64,000 nt of DNA, taken from the NCBI GenBank assembly GCA_044229975.1, contig JBGARZ010000029.1:1-64000 (forward strand). The letters run 5' to 3'. The notes beneath the pieces were generated by a model. The model saw nothing but the letters and a program-made list of their open reading frames with translations, ran no database searches and was not told the DNA's origin. Positions 19,136-28,947 of the stretch are shown one piece after another (positions within the stretch are counted from its first letter, which is position 1; every line of letters starts with the position of its first letter). The position numbers and the translations under genes are program-made. The stretch is from Polyangiales bacterium (lineage in GTDB: Bacteria > Myxococcota_A > Polyangia > Polyangiales > Ga0077539).

Positions 19136-20920
19136 ATGTCCGGGCCTCCCGTTGCGCGGCGAAAGCGACTAAGCCTTCGCCGGGTGAACGCGCGACGGAT
19201 CGGGACGTGGGCGGGGTTGTTGTTGGCGGGGGGATGTCATCGCGCGGCGACGACGCCGGCGCGGGGTGATGCGACGGCGGTGGTGCGCGAGGTGGCGCCG
19301 GAGGTTCCGGCGGGGGTGTTGGGTCACGTGCGGGCGGTGCGGCCGAGGGCGACGGCGGAGGTCATCGGTCAGCGGGTCGGAGTGCGGGTTCCGCTCGACC
19401 TGGTGTTGGCGGTGGGGGCGGGCGTTCCGATGGCGGTGCTGGGGGCGGTGGACACGTCGCTGCCGTTGGCGGCGTGCGCCGTGGAGCGCGGGTCGGGCGG
19501 TGAGGTGGCGTGGCTGCTGGCGATGACGCCGCGGAGCGCGGGCGAGGCGCGGACGGCGCTGGCGTCGCGGCATCGGCTGACGCCGGTCGCGGGTCTGGGT
19601 GAGCGGCTGGAGGTGCGCGGTGCGACGCGGGACGCGGGCGCGTCGGGCGTGGCGTGCGCGCTGGTGGCGATGGCGGACGCGTCGTCGCGGGTGGTGTGCG
19701 CGAGCGACGGGGCGTCGTTGGAGCGCGCGGGTCGATGGCTGGCGTGGACGATGGCGGGCGATGGGGCCGCGACGGACGACGACGTGGTGGCGGTGATGGC
19801 GGCGGGCGCGGAAGGTCGGCTGCGGGCGCGCTGGGACGCGGCGACGACGGCGGTGCTGACGGAGTGGACGGAGTCGGCGAGCGCGGAGCGCCGGGCGCAC
19901 GCGGGTCCGCCGGACTACGGGGACCCCGAGGCGGCGCTGGTGGTGCTGACGCGGGTTCGGGACGCGGTGTCGGGGGCGATCGGTGAGCTGCGCGGGCTGC
20001 GGGTGGGCGTTCGGTTGGGGGACGACGGCGCGGCGGTGACGGCGACGGCGGAGTGGCCTCGCGCGGGCACGTCGGCGATGGCGACGGACGCAGTGGCGAG
20101 GGCGGGCGCGGGGCTGGGCGGCGCGGTGGCGCTGGGGCGCTGGGTGGCGCCAGACGCGGACGTGCGCGGGTGGATGCGAACGCCGGGCGACGGCCACCGG
20201 ACGTGGTGGGCGGCGCTGGTGGAGGCGGTGGTGCAGGTGATGGGGACGCGGCTGGGCGACGGGGTGGCCGCGCGGCGGACGCTGCTGGCAGTGGGCGCGG
20301 AGAGCGGTGACGAGGCGGCGCTGGGTGGGGTGCTGGGCGCGGCCGCGGCGGGTGCGACGGGAGCGCCAGGCGCGGGCGGGTCGAGCGCGGGAGGCGCGGA
20401 GTGGACGGTGGTGGTGGCGCAGCGGGACGGGGGGCGATCGGCGCGGAGCGGGCTGACGCGGCTGGCGACGGAGGGGTGGGTTCGCTCGCTGCGCTGGGGC
20501 GGTCGCGCGGTGCGGGTGAGCGCGTGCGGCGAGGGGGCGTGGTGCGTGACGCTGGACGCGGCGGGGGCAGCAGGGGCGACGGCGGGCTCGACGGCGGGCT
20601 CGACGGCGGGGACGATGGTGGTCGCGGTGCGTGACGGGGCGCTGGTGGTGATCGCGGGGGCGAGGGCGCGGACGGCGCTGGACGGCGCGGACGCGCGAGC
20701 ACGAGCGGGCGGGGCGGTGACGGCGGGCGACGCGGGGGCGGCGGGGGAGAGCGTCGTGGTGACGGTGCGGGAGCGAGCGCCAGCGGCGGGAGCTGTGTCG
20801 CGAGCGACGTATGGAACAGCAGTGGCAGAGGGTCCGAACGTGACGGCGACGGGTCGGTGGGTGGTGCCGTGGTGGGTGCTGGAGCGCGCGCGATCGACGA
20901 ACAGACGCGGCGCGCACTGA
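19136..20920 (+). CDS. Hypothetical Ala/Gly-rich putative lipoprotein
   Basis: Long ORF with a lipobox-like LLLAGGC and strongly G-ending codons; start uncertain. Confidence 0.55.
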   Translation: MSGPPVARRKRLSLRRVNARRIGTWAGLLLAGGCHRAATTPARGDATAVVREVAPEVPAGVLGHVRAVRPRATAEVIGQRVGVRVPLDLVLAVGAGVPMAVLGAVDTSLPLAACAVERGSGGEVAWLLAMTPRSAGEARTALASRHRLTPVAGLGERLEVRGATRDAGASGVACALVAMADASSRVVCASDGASLERAGRWLAWTMAGDGAATDDDVVAVMAAGAEGRLRARWDAATTAVLTEWTESASAERRAHAGPPDYGDPEAALVVLTRVRDAVSGAIGELRGLRVGVRLGDDGAAVTATAEWPRAGTSAMATDAVARAGAGLGGAVALGRWVAPDADVRGWMRTPGDGHRTWWAALVEAVVQVMGTRLGDGVAARRTLLAVGAESGDEAALGGVLGAAAAGATGAPGAGGSSAGGAEWTVVVAQRDGGRSARSGLTRLATEGWVRSLRWGGRAVRVSACGEGAWCVTLDAAGAAGATAGSTAGSTAGTMVVAVRDGALVVIAGARARTALDGADARARAGGAVTAGDAGAAGESVVVTVRERAPAAGAVSRATYGTAVAEGPNVTATGRWVVPWWVLERARSTNRRGAH

Positions 20921-20962
20921 CGGAGAATGGAGGGGCGTGGAGTGGGCGGTTCGACGGATTGG

Positions 20963-20991
20963 TTGACAGCGCGCGAGCGAGGCGGTAGCTA
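20963..20991 (+). promoter_or_regulatory. Candidate sigma70 promoter of tRNA-Phe
   Basis: Perfect TTGACA at 20963, 17-nt spacer, weak -10 (TAGCTA), 16 nt before the tRNA. Confidence 0.45.
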
Positions 20992-21007
20992 GGCGACCCC
21001 CAACGAC

Positions 21008-21080
21008 GCCCAGATAGCTCAGTTGGTAGAGCAGGGGATTGAAAATCCCCGTGTCGGCGGTTCGACTCCGTCTCTGGGCA
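21008..21080 (+). tRNA. tRNA-Phe (GAA), CCA not encoded
   Basis: GCCCAGA/TCTGGGC acceptor stem, AGCTCAGTTGGTAGAGC D-arm, GGGGA-TTGAAAA-TCCCC anticodon arm, GGTTCGACTCC T-arm. Confidence 0.97.
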
Positions 21081-22312
21081 CGAATTCCCGGTGATTTCGT
21101 CACTTGGGTCCGTGCCATGGGTGCCACCCGTCCCACCACGTCGCATGAGTCTGTGACGTATGTGTGACGGGTGGCTCGGGCCTTTGGAGGCCTGGCAGTA
21201 GCGCTCGACCCCGCTGGAGCATCGTCCGGCTTCGAGCTCTCGACGTCGGCCCCGGAGTCGCCTGTCTCCTCCTCGGCCTCTGGCTGCCCCGCCTGCCTGG
21301 CGATGAGTCCGCCAAGCTCGCGCGGGGTGAGGCGGCCGTACACCCGCTCGACCATCCGGCTGTCGGCGTGTCCCATGGCGGGGGCGATCAACTGCGGCTC
21401 GACGCCCGCCTTGCGCAGCCAGCGCCCGAAGGTGCGGCGCAGGTCGTTGGGCGAGCAGTGGGCGATCTCCGCGCGGTCGCAGGCGTCGTGGAGGTCACGG
21501 CGGATGTTGGACCACGGCCGGAAGAGGTCGGTGCCGTCGCCGCGGGCGTTGGCGAGCACGAAGGGCAGCACGAGGTGCTGCCAGAACAGCGTGATCGGAA
21601 CCTCGCGGTGCCGGTTCTTGTTCTTGGTGCCGCGGATGACGACGACGCTGCGTTCGCGCGAGACGTCGCCACGCTGGGCCCGGTCGGTGGCGCTCAACTC
21701 CGCGCTGGTGAGCACCATGAACGCGACCCTCGCCGCCCGGTCCGGCGTGAGCTGGTCGAGCAGCCGCGGAAACTCCTCGTAGGTGAGCGACCGCTCCTTC
21801 GGCTTGTACTCCGGCGAGAACTGCGCCGGGAACACCTCGTCCACGTCCCCTCGCCACTGCTTCGAGCGCTTGGCGCGCTTCAGGCTCCGCCGCAGCGTCG
21901 TGAGCTCCTTGTGGATCGTCGAATCGGAAGCGCCCTCCTCGCGCCGCTTCGAGATGACGCCGTCGATCGTCGGAGCGTCGAGCTTCATCGCCGAGAACTG
22001 CTCGCCGAGGATGCGCACCCAGTGGCCCGACTTCTTGCGGTAGAAGTCGAGCGTCGCGGCGCTCCTTCGCCCAGCGCCGACTTGGTCGGAGATGTCCTTC
22101 AGGCCGAGGGTCAGGACGTCGAGGAGGGTCGTCGTGCGCGCGGCTGCACCGGCCGGATCCGCAGCGTCTCGCTCCCACTGTCGGAGCAGAGCTTCGGCGG
22201 CTTTGCGGTCGGTGCAACCGGTCGAGCGCTGGATGCGCCGACCGTCGGCGTAGTAGGCGGCCTGCCAGACGTTCGAGTCGGCCCGGCGGTAGATACGACT
22301 TCCGATCGACAT
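21081..22312 (-). CDS. int: Tyrosine integrase; the frame has no stop before the tRNA and stays open to 19169
   Basis: Arm-binding-like N-terminus (WQAAYYADGRRIQRSTG), core-binding region, catalytic-domain motifs GTKN, PNDLRRT, MGH, VERVY. Confidence 0.88.
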
Positions 22313-22500
22313 GAGTGGATCCTCCGAGCGTAGGTTTCCCAGCTATCGAGATCGACGCGAAGCATGGTCCCGGTGCCGACCGTGCGGCCGGACGCGGCCC
22401 GCAGGTGGCGATAGGCCGCAGAGCGCGAGCAGCCGAACGCCGCCATGACCTCGGCGGCGCCGACGTAGATCGTGAGCGTCAGGGAGCGCGGCGCCCTCAC
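22111..22500 (-). CDS. Excisionase/RDF-like HTH protein overlapping the int 5' end
   Basis: VGAAEVMAAFGCSRSAAYRHL...LRVDLDSWETY matches the AlpA/Xis winged-HTH pattern. Confidence 0.65.
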   Translation of the reverse strand: MRAPRSLTLTIYVGAAEVMAAFGCSRSAAYRHLRAASGRTVGTGTMLRVDLDSWETYARRIHSCRSEVVSTAGPTRTSGRPPTTPTVGASSARPVAPTAKPPKLCSDSGSETLRIRPVQPRARRPSSTS

Positions 22501-23387
22501 GACCGCCTCCCAGTGATGGGCGATTCGCTGGGCCGGCGAGCGGCCGGGCCGCTTGGACCATCGCCGTCCCCGTCATCGCTGCCGTCGGCCCCTTTGATGA
22601 CTCGGCGTGAGGTCGTCTTCCGCCGCGGAGCCCGGCCGCGGAGTCGACCTGCGGTGGAGGGTGCTTTCGGTGAGGTGGATGTCTTGGCAGGGATACTCGC
22701 GGCCTTCTCCGGGCGAGGCTTCTTGGCCGGGCGGGGTGGCGGCATACGGATGGTGACGCCCAACGCGACAACCTTCAGTTGGGCGGGGTTGGGGAAGCCG
22801 GCCAGGGCGAGGAGCGCGGCGTGCTCGCGCACGAAAGTCTCCGAGGCTCGGCGGACGCGCTCGCGCTCCGCGCAGGCACGCGAGAGCGCCTCGCGCATCA
22901 CCTTGGTGAGCGTCGTGGTGACGCCCATGAGCGCGGTGACCCGTTCGACGAGGTGGTGGACTCGCTCGATCAGTGGTTCGGGCAGCGAGACGGGGGAGAG
23001 TTGCTGGTAGGAGTCGGTCGCGACACGCGCATCACGTGCGGTCGTGCGGGCCTCCTGCCGTCGAGGGCCACGAGGGGGATCCGCGACAGTCCAGGTGACC
23101 TGCTTCGAGGAGGTCAGCTCGGCCTCGATGAGGTCGCACCCGGAGACCAACAGTTCGCGGACCGCGCTCGCGAGGGTGACGCGCGGAGACATCGGCGAGG
23201 TCATCGCTTCGACGACGGTCTCCAAGCTGCGAGCGAGGTGGTCGGAGATGAGGAAGGGCTGCACCTTGCGAAGCCGGTCCTGGCGGAAGGTAGGTGTCAC
23301 GGCAGAGAAGTCATATCCAAGTGGAATCTCGATGTCCAGGAAGGCTCGTCGATCTACGCCCAGCCGTGTATGGCTGACCTCCAGCAC
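22497..23387 (-). CDS. Hypothetical protein, possibly tandem ribbon-helix-helix
   Basis: Two similar strand-helix-helix segments; 4-nt overlap with the xis-like gene. Confidence 0.5.
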   Translation of the reverse strand: MLEVSHTRLGVDRRAFLDIEIPLGYDFSAVTPTFRQDRLRKVQPFLISDHLARSLETVVEAMTSPMSPRVTLASAVRELLVSGCDLIEAELTSSKQVTWTVADPPRGPRRQEARTTARDARVATDSYQQLSPVSLPEPLIERVHHLVERVTALMGVTTTLTKVMREALSRACAERERVRRASETFVREHAALLALAGFPNPAQLKVVALGVTIRMPPPRPAKKPRPEKAASIPAKTSTSPKAPSTAGRLRGRAPRRKTTSRRVIKGADGSDDGDGDGPSGPAARRPSESPITGRRS

Positions 23388-23465
23388 GTCGCCCGATTGC
23401 GGGTGAGGCCCGACTGGGTTGGTGTCCGATGTTCAGTGAATGGATGGCGCGCAGTCTCCATTCAC

Positions 23466-24317
23466 TCACGGGCAGGCACAGGGACCGTGCCCACCGATAC
23501 ATCCTCGACGATGGGGACGATCTCGTCGGAAGCCGGAGGGGGCGAGTGGAGGAGTGTCGAGCGTTTCAGCGCGGACCTCATACGGACCTGCCGCGTCGGC
23601 AACGAGCGGCACCGCGATGGACGTCTGCGCAGGCGCTGCGGTCGGAGGATGGGAGCGCGCGAGGTACGCATCGAGGGTCGCCCTGCGCCAGAGGTGGCTT
23701 CTACGCGGTCCGGTCTGGTCGGGGGTGATCAGGCCACGCAGTTTCGCAACCCGGAGCGCACTGTCGTTCGAAAACTTGCAATACTCTGCGGCCTCAGCAG
23801 TAGACAGTAGGACCGCAGTGTCTCCTTCCTGCGGACGAAAAGGCCCCATGGCGGAGCTTTTCGAGGTGGACCCTTTCGAGCGGCGGGTGGGGACCCGCCG
23901 CGATGGGGAAGCGCGAACCGCGGCGGACTGCCGCCCCTGGCCATCCGTCACGATGACCATGGTTCCCGCTGGACCAGCAAAGAGGGTCATTCGTCCCCGG
24001 GGCGTACGGTCGATTCGCTCACGCAGGCCGACCATTTCCTCGGCTGACATCTCCGCTCCCGGATCCATCGGCCAGGTATCTGCTGTGGGCGACGTCGACG
24101 ATCGCCACGCTGTCTTCTTCAAGGCATGCCCCGGCATGACGATGAACTCCGTTCCGGCTGGGCCCGTGAACGCCTGCATGCGGGCGCGGGGGACGTGGTC
24201 TCGTTCATCCTCGATCCCGAACCATTCTTTCAGATCGAGATTCAGCGCGTTCTCCACATTGGCCGCAACGGCACCGGGAGGGCGGCTGGACGCGAAACGG
24301 CGTGATTGAAGGTTCAT
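23466..24317 (-). CDS. Hypothetical protein with a MerR/Xis-like HTH
   Basis: LLSTAEAAEYC...LWRRATLDAYL; internal duplicated GPAGT motif. Confidence 0.55.
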   Translation of the reverse strand: MNLQSRRFASSRPPGAVAANVENALNLDLKEWFGIEDERDHVPRARMQAFTGPAGTEFIVMPGHALKKTAWRSSTSPTADTWPMDPGAEMSAEEMVGLRERIDRTPRGRMTLFAGPAGTMVIVTDGQGRQSAAVRASPSRRVPTRRSKGSTSKSSAMGPFRPQEGDTAVLLSTAEAAEYCKFSNDSALRVAKLRGLITPDQTGPRRSHLWRRATLDAYLARSHPPTAAPAQTSIAVPLVADAAGPYEVRAETLDTPPLAPSGFRRDRPHRRGCIGGHGPCACP

Positions 24318-24491
24318 GGCCGACCTTCATTCAATCGTGCGAGACGCTGCGTCAAGAACTTACGGCATAGTTGACGGCCTGAAAAACAGGGTCAGGACCG
24401 GGGTACCCTCGAGGATTACGAGTTCCCCCGGTCCCGAGAGTGACGACGAGGTGGGGCAATCTCGGTACGGACATGTGGAGACGACACGATC

Positions 24492-25185
24492 CTACTCAGG
24501 GCGAATCAACACCAGCCATCGTAACGAGAACCCTGTAACGTCTGACGGTGCACACGAGCCTTTGTCACGTTCGCAAGTTGACGGGTAACGACAGCGTGCC
24601 GTGTAACGACAACACGCTGTGTAACGAGTCCCTGTGCCGTGGACGGAGGTGCGAGGATCAGGACTCTCCACACGTGTCGCCCGAGCAGACGCCCGTCGCG
24701 CTGCGACAACACCAGGTCTCGGCGAGCGTGTCGCAGGAGCGCGTCGAGCAGAGGTCGAGGTCGATGCACCTCTTCGGACCGACGTAGCCCTCACGGTAGT
24801 CGCAGGCCGTTCCGGCCGGACAGGTCCCGCAGGAGTGTCCGCAACCATCGACCCCGCAGGACGGTTCGGGCGGGCAGGGAAGCGGGACGCAGACGCAGCT
24901 GCCACAGGCCGTCAGCTCCGTGCCGCCCAGGCACAGCTGAGTGCCCGTGCTGGCCATGCCGTGGGACGTGCAGGGGCAGGCTCGAACCTCACCTGGAATG
25001 CACACCCGCGCGGGAGTCGGCGCTTCGGGATCACCGCCACAGCCCGAAAGGTGCGGGAGCGACAGCACGATCACCCACGCCACCGTGAGCAAGCGCGAGG
25101 GCAAGGGAAACGCGGAGCAGGCGAAAACGCGGGGGAAAGCTGACGTTTGGTTCGGCATCGGGACTCCTCGGCCGAAATACGCCAT
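24492..25185 (-). pseudogene. Cys-rich secreted or lipoprotein gene, possibly frameshifted near 24665
   Basis: LSGCGG lipobox, CIPGEVRACPC and DGCGHSCGTC repeats. The ORF stops at 24658 but Cys-rich sequence (TACCRYTARCRYPSTC) continues in another frame. Confidence 0.45.
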
Positions 25186-25246
25186 CTAAAACCGGGTTTT
25201 GCAAGGTGTGTATTCGAGGCCCTCCGATTTCCTACGGTCGCGGCCC

Positions 25247-25612
25247 ATGCACAGCGACCCCGAGCGCCCCTCCTCCGAGCGCCCCAAGTTGGAGGCGGTC
25301 CAAGCCGATGTGCAGGGCCGCCTCGGCGCGAGCCTCCGCCGGTTGAGGGCCGAAAAGTCGTGGGGTCAGGAGGAGGCCGCCTATCAGGCGCACGTGGGGA
25401 TGAGGGCCTACCAGCGTTTGGAGGCGGGCAAGTCGGCCAACCCCACGCTCAACACCCTCGTGCGCCTCGCCTTGGCCTTCGACGTCGACGTGCGAGAGCT
25501 TCTCGTTCCAGCTGAGGCGCCGGCGAAGCGCCGTCCCGGGCGGCCTCGGCGCGTGGCTGAGGAGAAACACGCAGACGAACCCGAACGAGCGAGCCCACCC
25601 TCAGCACGTTGA
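25247..25612 (+). CDS. XRE-family HTH regulator with AT-hook-like tail
   Basis: LRRLRAEKSWGQEEAA...YQRLEAGKSANPTLNTLVRLA; RRPGRPRR. Confidence 0.85.
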   Translation: MHSDPERPSSERPKLEAVQADVQGRLGASLRRLRAEKSWGQEEAAYQAHVGMRAYQRLEAGKSANPTLNTLVRLALAFDVDVRELLVPAEAPAKRRPGRPRRVAEEKHADEPERASPPSAR

Positions 25613-25723
25613 ACGCGCCTTGGGTCGAGGGTCGTCAGCCGCGGTGATCCAAACCCGCCCGCCCACGCTTTGGAGTGACCAGAGGAGGCGGCAACCGAAG
25701 AGCTTGGCTGTCGCTGCGTGCCG

Positions 25724-27028
25724 TTACCGCCCCCCGCTGGGCGGGTGGGAAGCCGCCGGAAGTTCGAGCCGTGGCGTGCCTCGCATCCATTGCCCGAGGC
25801 GAACTGCCACCCGCTGGAGCTGCCAGCTCACGACGGCACTCCAACCGGGCGGGCATGCTGGCGGCAGGCGGTTCCGCGAGGACTGGTTCTCGCCGATGGT
25901 TGCGCCTGCCGCGCTCCGCGGTGGATCCGCACGGGCCATGCGAAGACGCAGCTGGTCGGTCCAGCGTTGGGCGTGTCGTGAGTCGACGCAGCCCTCCAGG
26001 GAGGACTCCCAGCACGTGAGGATCAGGCCCGCCCCGCGGGAGGTGGGCGCGGCCGGCACCTCGGCGAACCAGGCCCCGACAGGCTCGGTGAACACCCCAC
26101 GTACGGGCTCGGCGTTGAGCGCCTGCTCACTGATCGGCGCCGCGACGAACCGCGCGAACCACTCGATGCGATCTGCGGGATCGCAGTGGATCGCCGGCGC
26201 GGTCGAGCAGATGACCTCCGCGAACAGTCGGGCGCGGGCGGCGGCCTTTGTGGCGAGCGAGCCGTGGAGTTCGCGGGTCGCGATCGCCAGCAGGATCTCG
26301 TGCTCCCGCCCGAGCAGCAGATTGCGCGGCCGTGCCCACCACCTCTCGCGGGCGGCCCCATAGATCTCGTCGCGCTGGTCGGGATTGGCGTCGGCGTGGG
26401 CATCGACGTCCTGAAGGCCCGTCAGCAGTTGGGCGAGGTCCGTCTCATTGTGGCGGGTTCGGTCGATGGTCTCGACGGCGGGGTCCGCGGCGAGGCTGTG
26501 ACGAGGAGAATCGACAGTCGAGAGAGACACTGGGATGGGGGCCGCAGGAGGTGCCAGGTCATCTTCGCGGGCGACGCCAAGGGTCGCGGCTGCACGCCTT
26601 TCCAGCGCAACCTTGGGGGGCGCGGGCGGCAAAGACGTGGGTCGGACGGAGGGCGATGGCACGACCGGGGTAGCCAGAGATACGGCGGGCGGAGTGACAT
26701 CGGAAGACGGGAGAGGCGTCGAGGTCTGGGCGGTTCCTTGCTGCCAGACACTCCATGCGCGAAGCGTCGGGGGCGCTTGGACGACGGCATGGACACCTCT
26801 AGAAGAGGGAGTTGGCAGGCTCGGCACCACAGAACTGCCGCACCACCCTTGCACGAATCCGACGAAGAGTTTCCAGCCCTCTGCGCCCAGCCTGGCGATC
26901 CAGCGGAGCGCCCTCACAAACTCTTCCGCGAGCCTGTCGATGACCGTGGGTGACTCCTGAGTGGGAGGGATGTCGTCCCATTCCGTGCGTCCAGTCGGGT
27001 ACCTAAAAGTGACACCGATGTTCATCAC
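25724..27028 (-). CDS. Hypothetical protein with a Pro-rich linker
   Basis: 434-aa ORF; no motif recognised. Confidence 0.45.
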   Translation of the reverse strand: MMNIGVTFRYPTGRTEWDDIPPTQESPTVIDRLAEEFVRALRWIARLGAEGWKLFVGFVQGWCGSSVVPSLPTPSSRGVHAVVQAPPTLRAWSVWQQGTAQTSTPLPSSDVTPPAVSLATPVVPSPSVRPTSLPPAPPKVALERRAAATLGVAREDDLAPPAAPIPVSLSTVDSPRHSLAADPAVETIDRTRHNETDLAQLLTGLQDVDAHADANPDQRDEIYGAARERWWARPRNLLLGREHEILLAIATRELHGSLATKAAARARLFAEVICSTAPAIHCDPADRIEWFARFVAAPISEQALNAEPVRGVFTEPVGAWFAEVPAAPTSRGAGLILTCWESSLEGCVDSRHAQRWTDQLRLRMARADPPRSAAGATIGENQSSRNRLPPACPPGWSAVVSWQLQRVAVRLGQWMRGTPRLELPAASHPPSGGR

Positions 27029-27931
27029 GATGAAGTCTCCTGTGGAGCCGAGAATGATGCCGCTCGACTCATGAACGATCGATTCAGTTCATAGGACCTC
27101 AAACGGCATTGCGAGCAAAATCAACAGGTGATGCCGCCAGCCATCCGAATTGCCATCAACCATGGAAATTGAGGGCACGGGTCTAGGGTTGAAGCTGCCT
27201 CCGCGAGCCAGTTCATCGCTCGTCGAGGGACGCGCCGCATTTCGAGGCGACCCCTTTGTTGTCGCGGAGAACTGGTGAAATGTTCGGTAAATACAGCTCC
27301 TTGCGGGAGCATGGTCGCCGTCCGTACCCCCGCCGTGAGTGCTCCGTGTGAGGTCGTTTCAAATTCGCATTTCGCTGAAGCTCCGGCGAATCGTGCGTTC
27401 GACCTCTCTCCTACGATCAGATCGGCAGGACACCGGAAGGACCGTCCACTTCTGCCGTGGTCCGAGGTGGCTTCGCGAGCGTCGCCCGGAAGACGGTTCA
27501 CCTAGGATGGCTGTTGTAACGACTGGTGACGCCTGTGGACATTGGGCACTCGTTACAAGAACGATCCCAACTATCTTGAACAGATGTCTAGATCGGGGAG
27601 AAGGCCGCCACCTCGCGGAAGGTCGAGCCCCGTGGGAGGCTCATCGGCAGGCCCGCAGACCGGACCACGGCCCCGGTCGAAGGAGTCGCTACTTCATATT
27701 CAGCCAGTTTCTACTTCAAAATGTCCGAGAGCCAGAAAAGCATCGCCAGAGGTATGTTCCGGCAGAAGAATTGATGTTTAGTTCCAAATGGTTATGTCGT
27801 CGTCGAGACGAAGCGGTCCTGCTTGAAATTGGGGTTCGAATTGGGGCGCCAGAATATGCTGCGCAACGGCTACTTCATATTCAACTCAGGGATGCTTCGT
27901 TGCTCCAACGGCGCACCCCGATGGAGGCTCA

Positions 27932-28884
27932 ATGGCAGAGTCAGAGTCCGGTCGACGGTCGACAGCGGGTCCGCCCTCCCTCGCCTCGCTGCCGCAGGGG
28001 ACGCGGATGGTCACGGTCAGCCGCCTGGTGGCTGGTACCCACCGACGTGGCGGAGAGCGTCAGCACCTCGGACGTGTAGCGCCTGGGGAGATCGGGACGT
28101 TTCTAGCCGCGCAGGGCCCCGGCCGTTACCGCATCGCGTGCGTCGGACTCGGAGGCCGTTTCGTCCGGAATGGTGCGTTCGCTGTCGAGGTAGAGCACGA
28201 GAACTTGCAGCCGCAGGTCGTCCGCGCCCGGACCTCCCGCGACTATCTTCCAGAGGGGACGCCATTGGCGTCCGCGCGTCGTCGAGAGCGTCAAGCTATC
28301 CAACGTGTTCGGGCTTTGCGAGAGCAGGTGCGCATCCCGAGCGCGAGAACACTCGTCTGCGCGCCGAGAACCGTGCGAAGGAGGAGGGGCACCTCTCCGA
28401 GAGCCTCCACGCCGAGGGGCATGACGGCCGACTTCGCGCCGAGGTGGAACGACTGGCGCGCGAAGTGGCCGACCTACGGGCTGACCTTGAGCGGCGAGAC
28501 ACGGCCCTGCGTCGGTACGTCGACCAGGTGTTGGCAAAGCAGATCGTGAGCCGCGAAGATCAACAGCCCGTTGGGTGGGTCGAGGCGAGAGCGAACTCGG
28601 GCGCGGCACTGAGCACCAGGAGCGAGTCGGTCGACGGGGACGCGCGGGAAGAGGCGATCGTTGCGGACGAAAGCGCGACTGAGACGCGCAGGGAGGGAAC
28701 CGCTTCGTTCGGTGTGCAAGTGACCGTTGAGCGTGGCGGGCGAGATCGTGGGCTGATGGCGATGTCGAACGTACGCAACGCCCCCGATGAACGACGCCGA
28801 GGGGCCGGACCGGGGCAGCCTCCGGGAGGGGTGGAGGAACTATCTCAATCTCGATCGGGGCTGCCGAAGCGAGGAAGGCCTTGA
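27932..28884 (+). pseudogene. Possible frameshifted coiled-coil protein
   Basis: Heptad-like RVRALREQVR in one frame continues as ERENTRLRAEN...EVERLAREVADLRADLE in another, switching near 28335. Confidence 0.3.
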
Positions 28885-28947
28885 GATCTTTCGAGCGCTT
28901 GCGAACACCATCGACTTGGACAAGCAACCCGCAGAGCGATCGCGGTC

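Noticed and set aside
19169..21007. C-terminal ~600 aa of the 1047-aa integrase ORF as a real domain
   Set aside because: It is an Arg/Pro/His-rich antisense translation of the G-skewed gene; only the missing stop is informative.
27100..27900. Short ORFs in an AT-richer stretch
   Set aside because: They show no motifs or codon support and were left unannotated.
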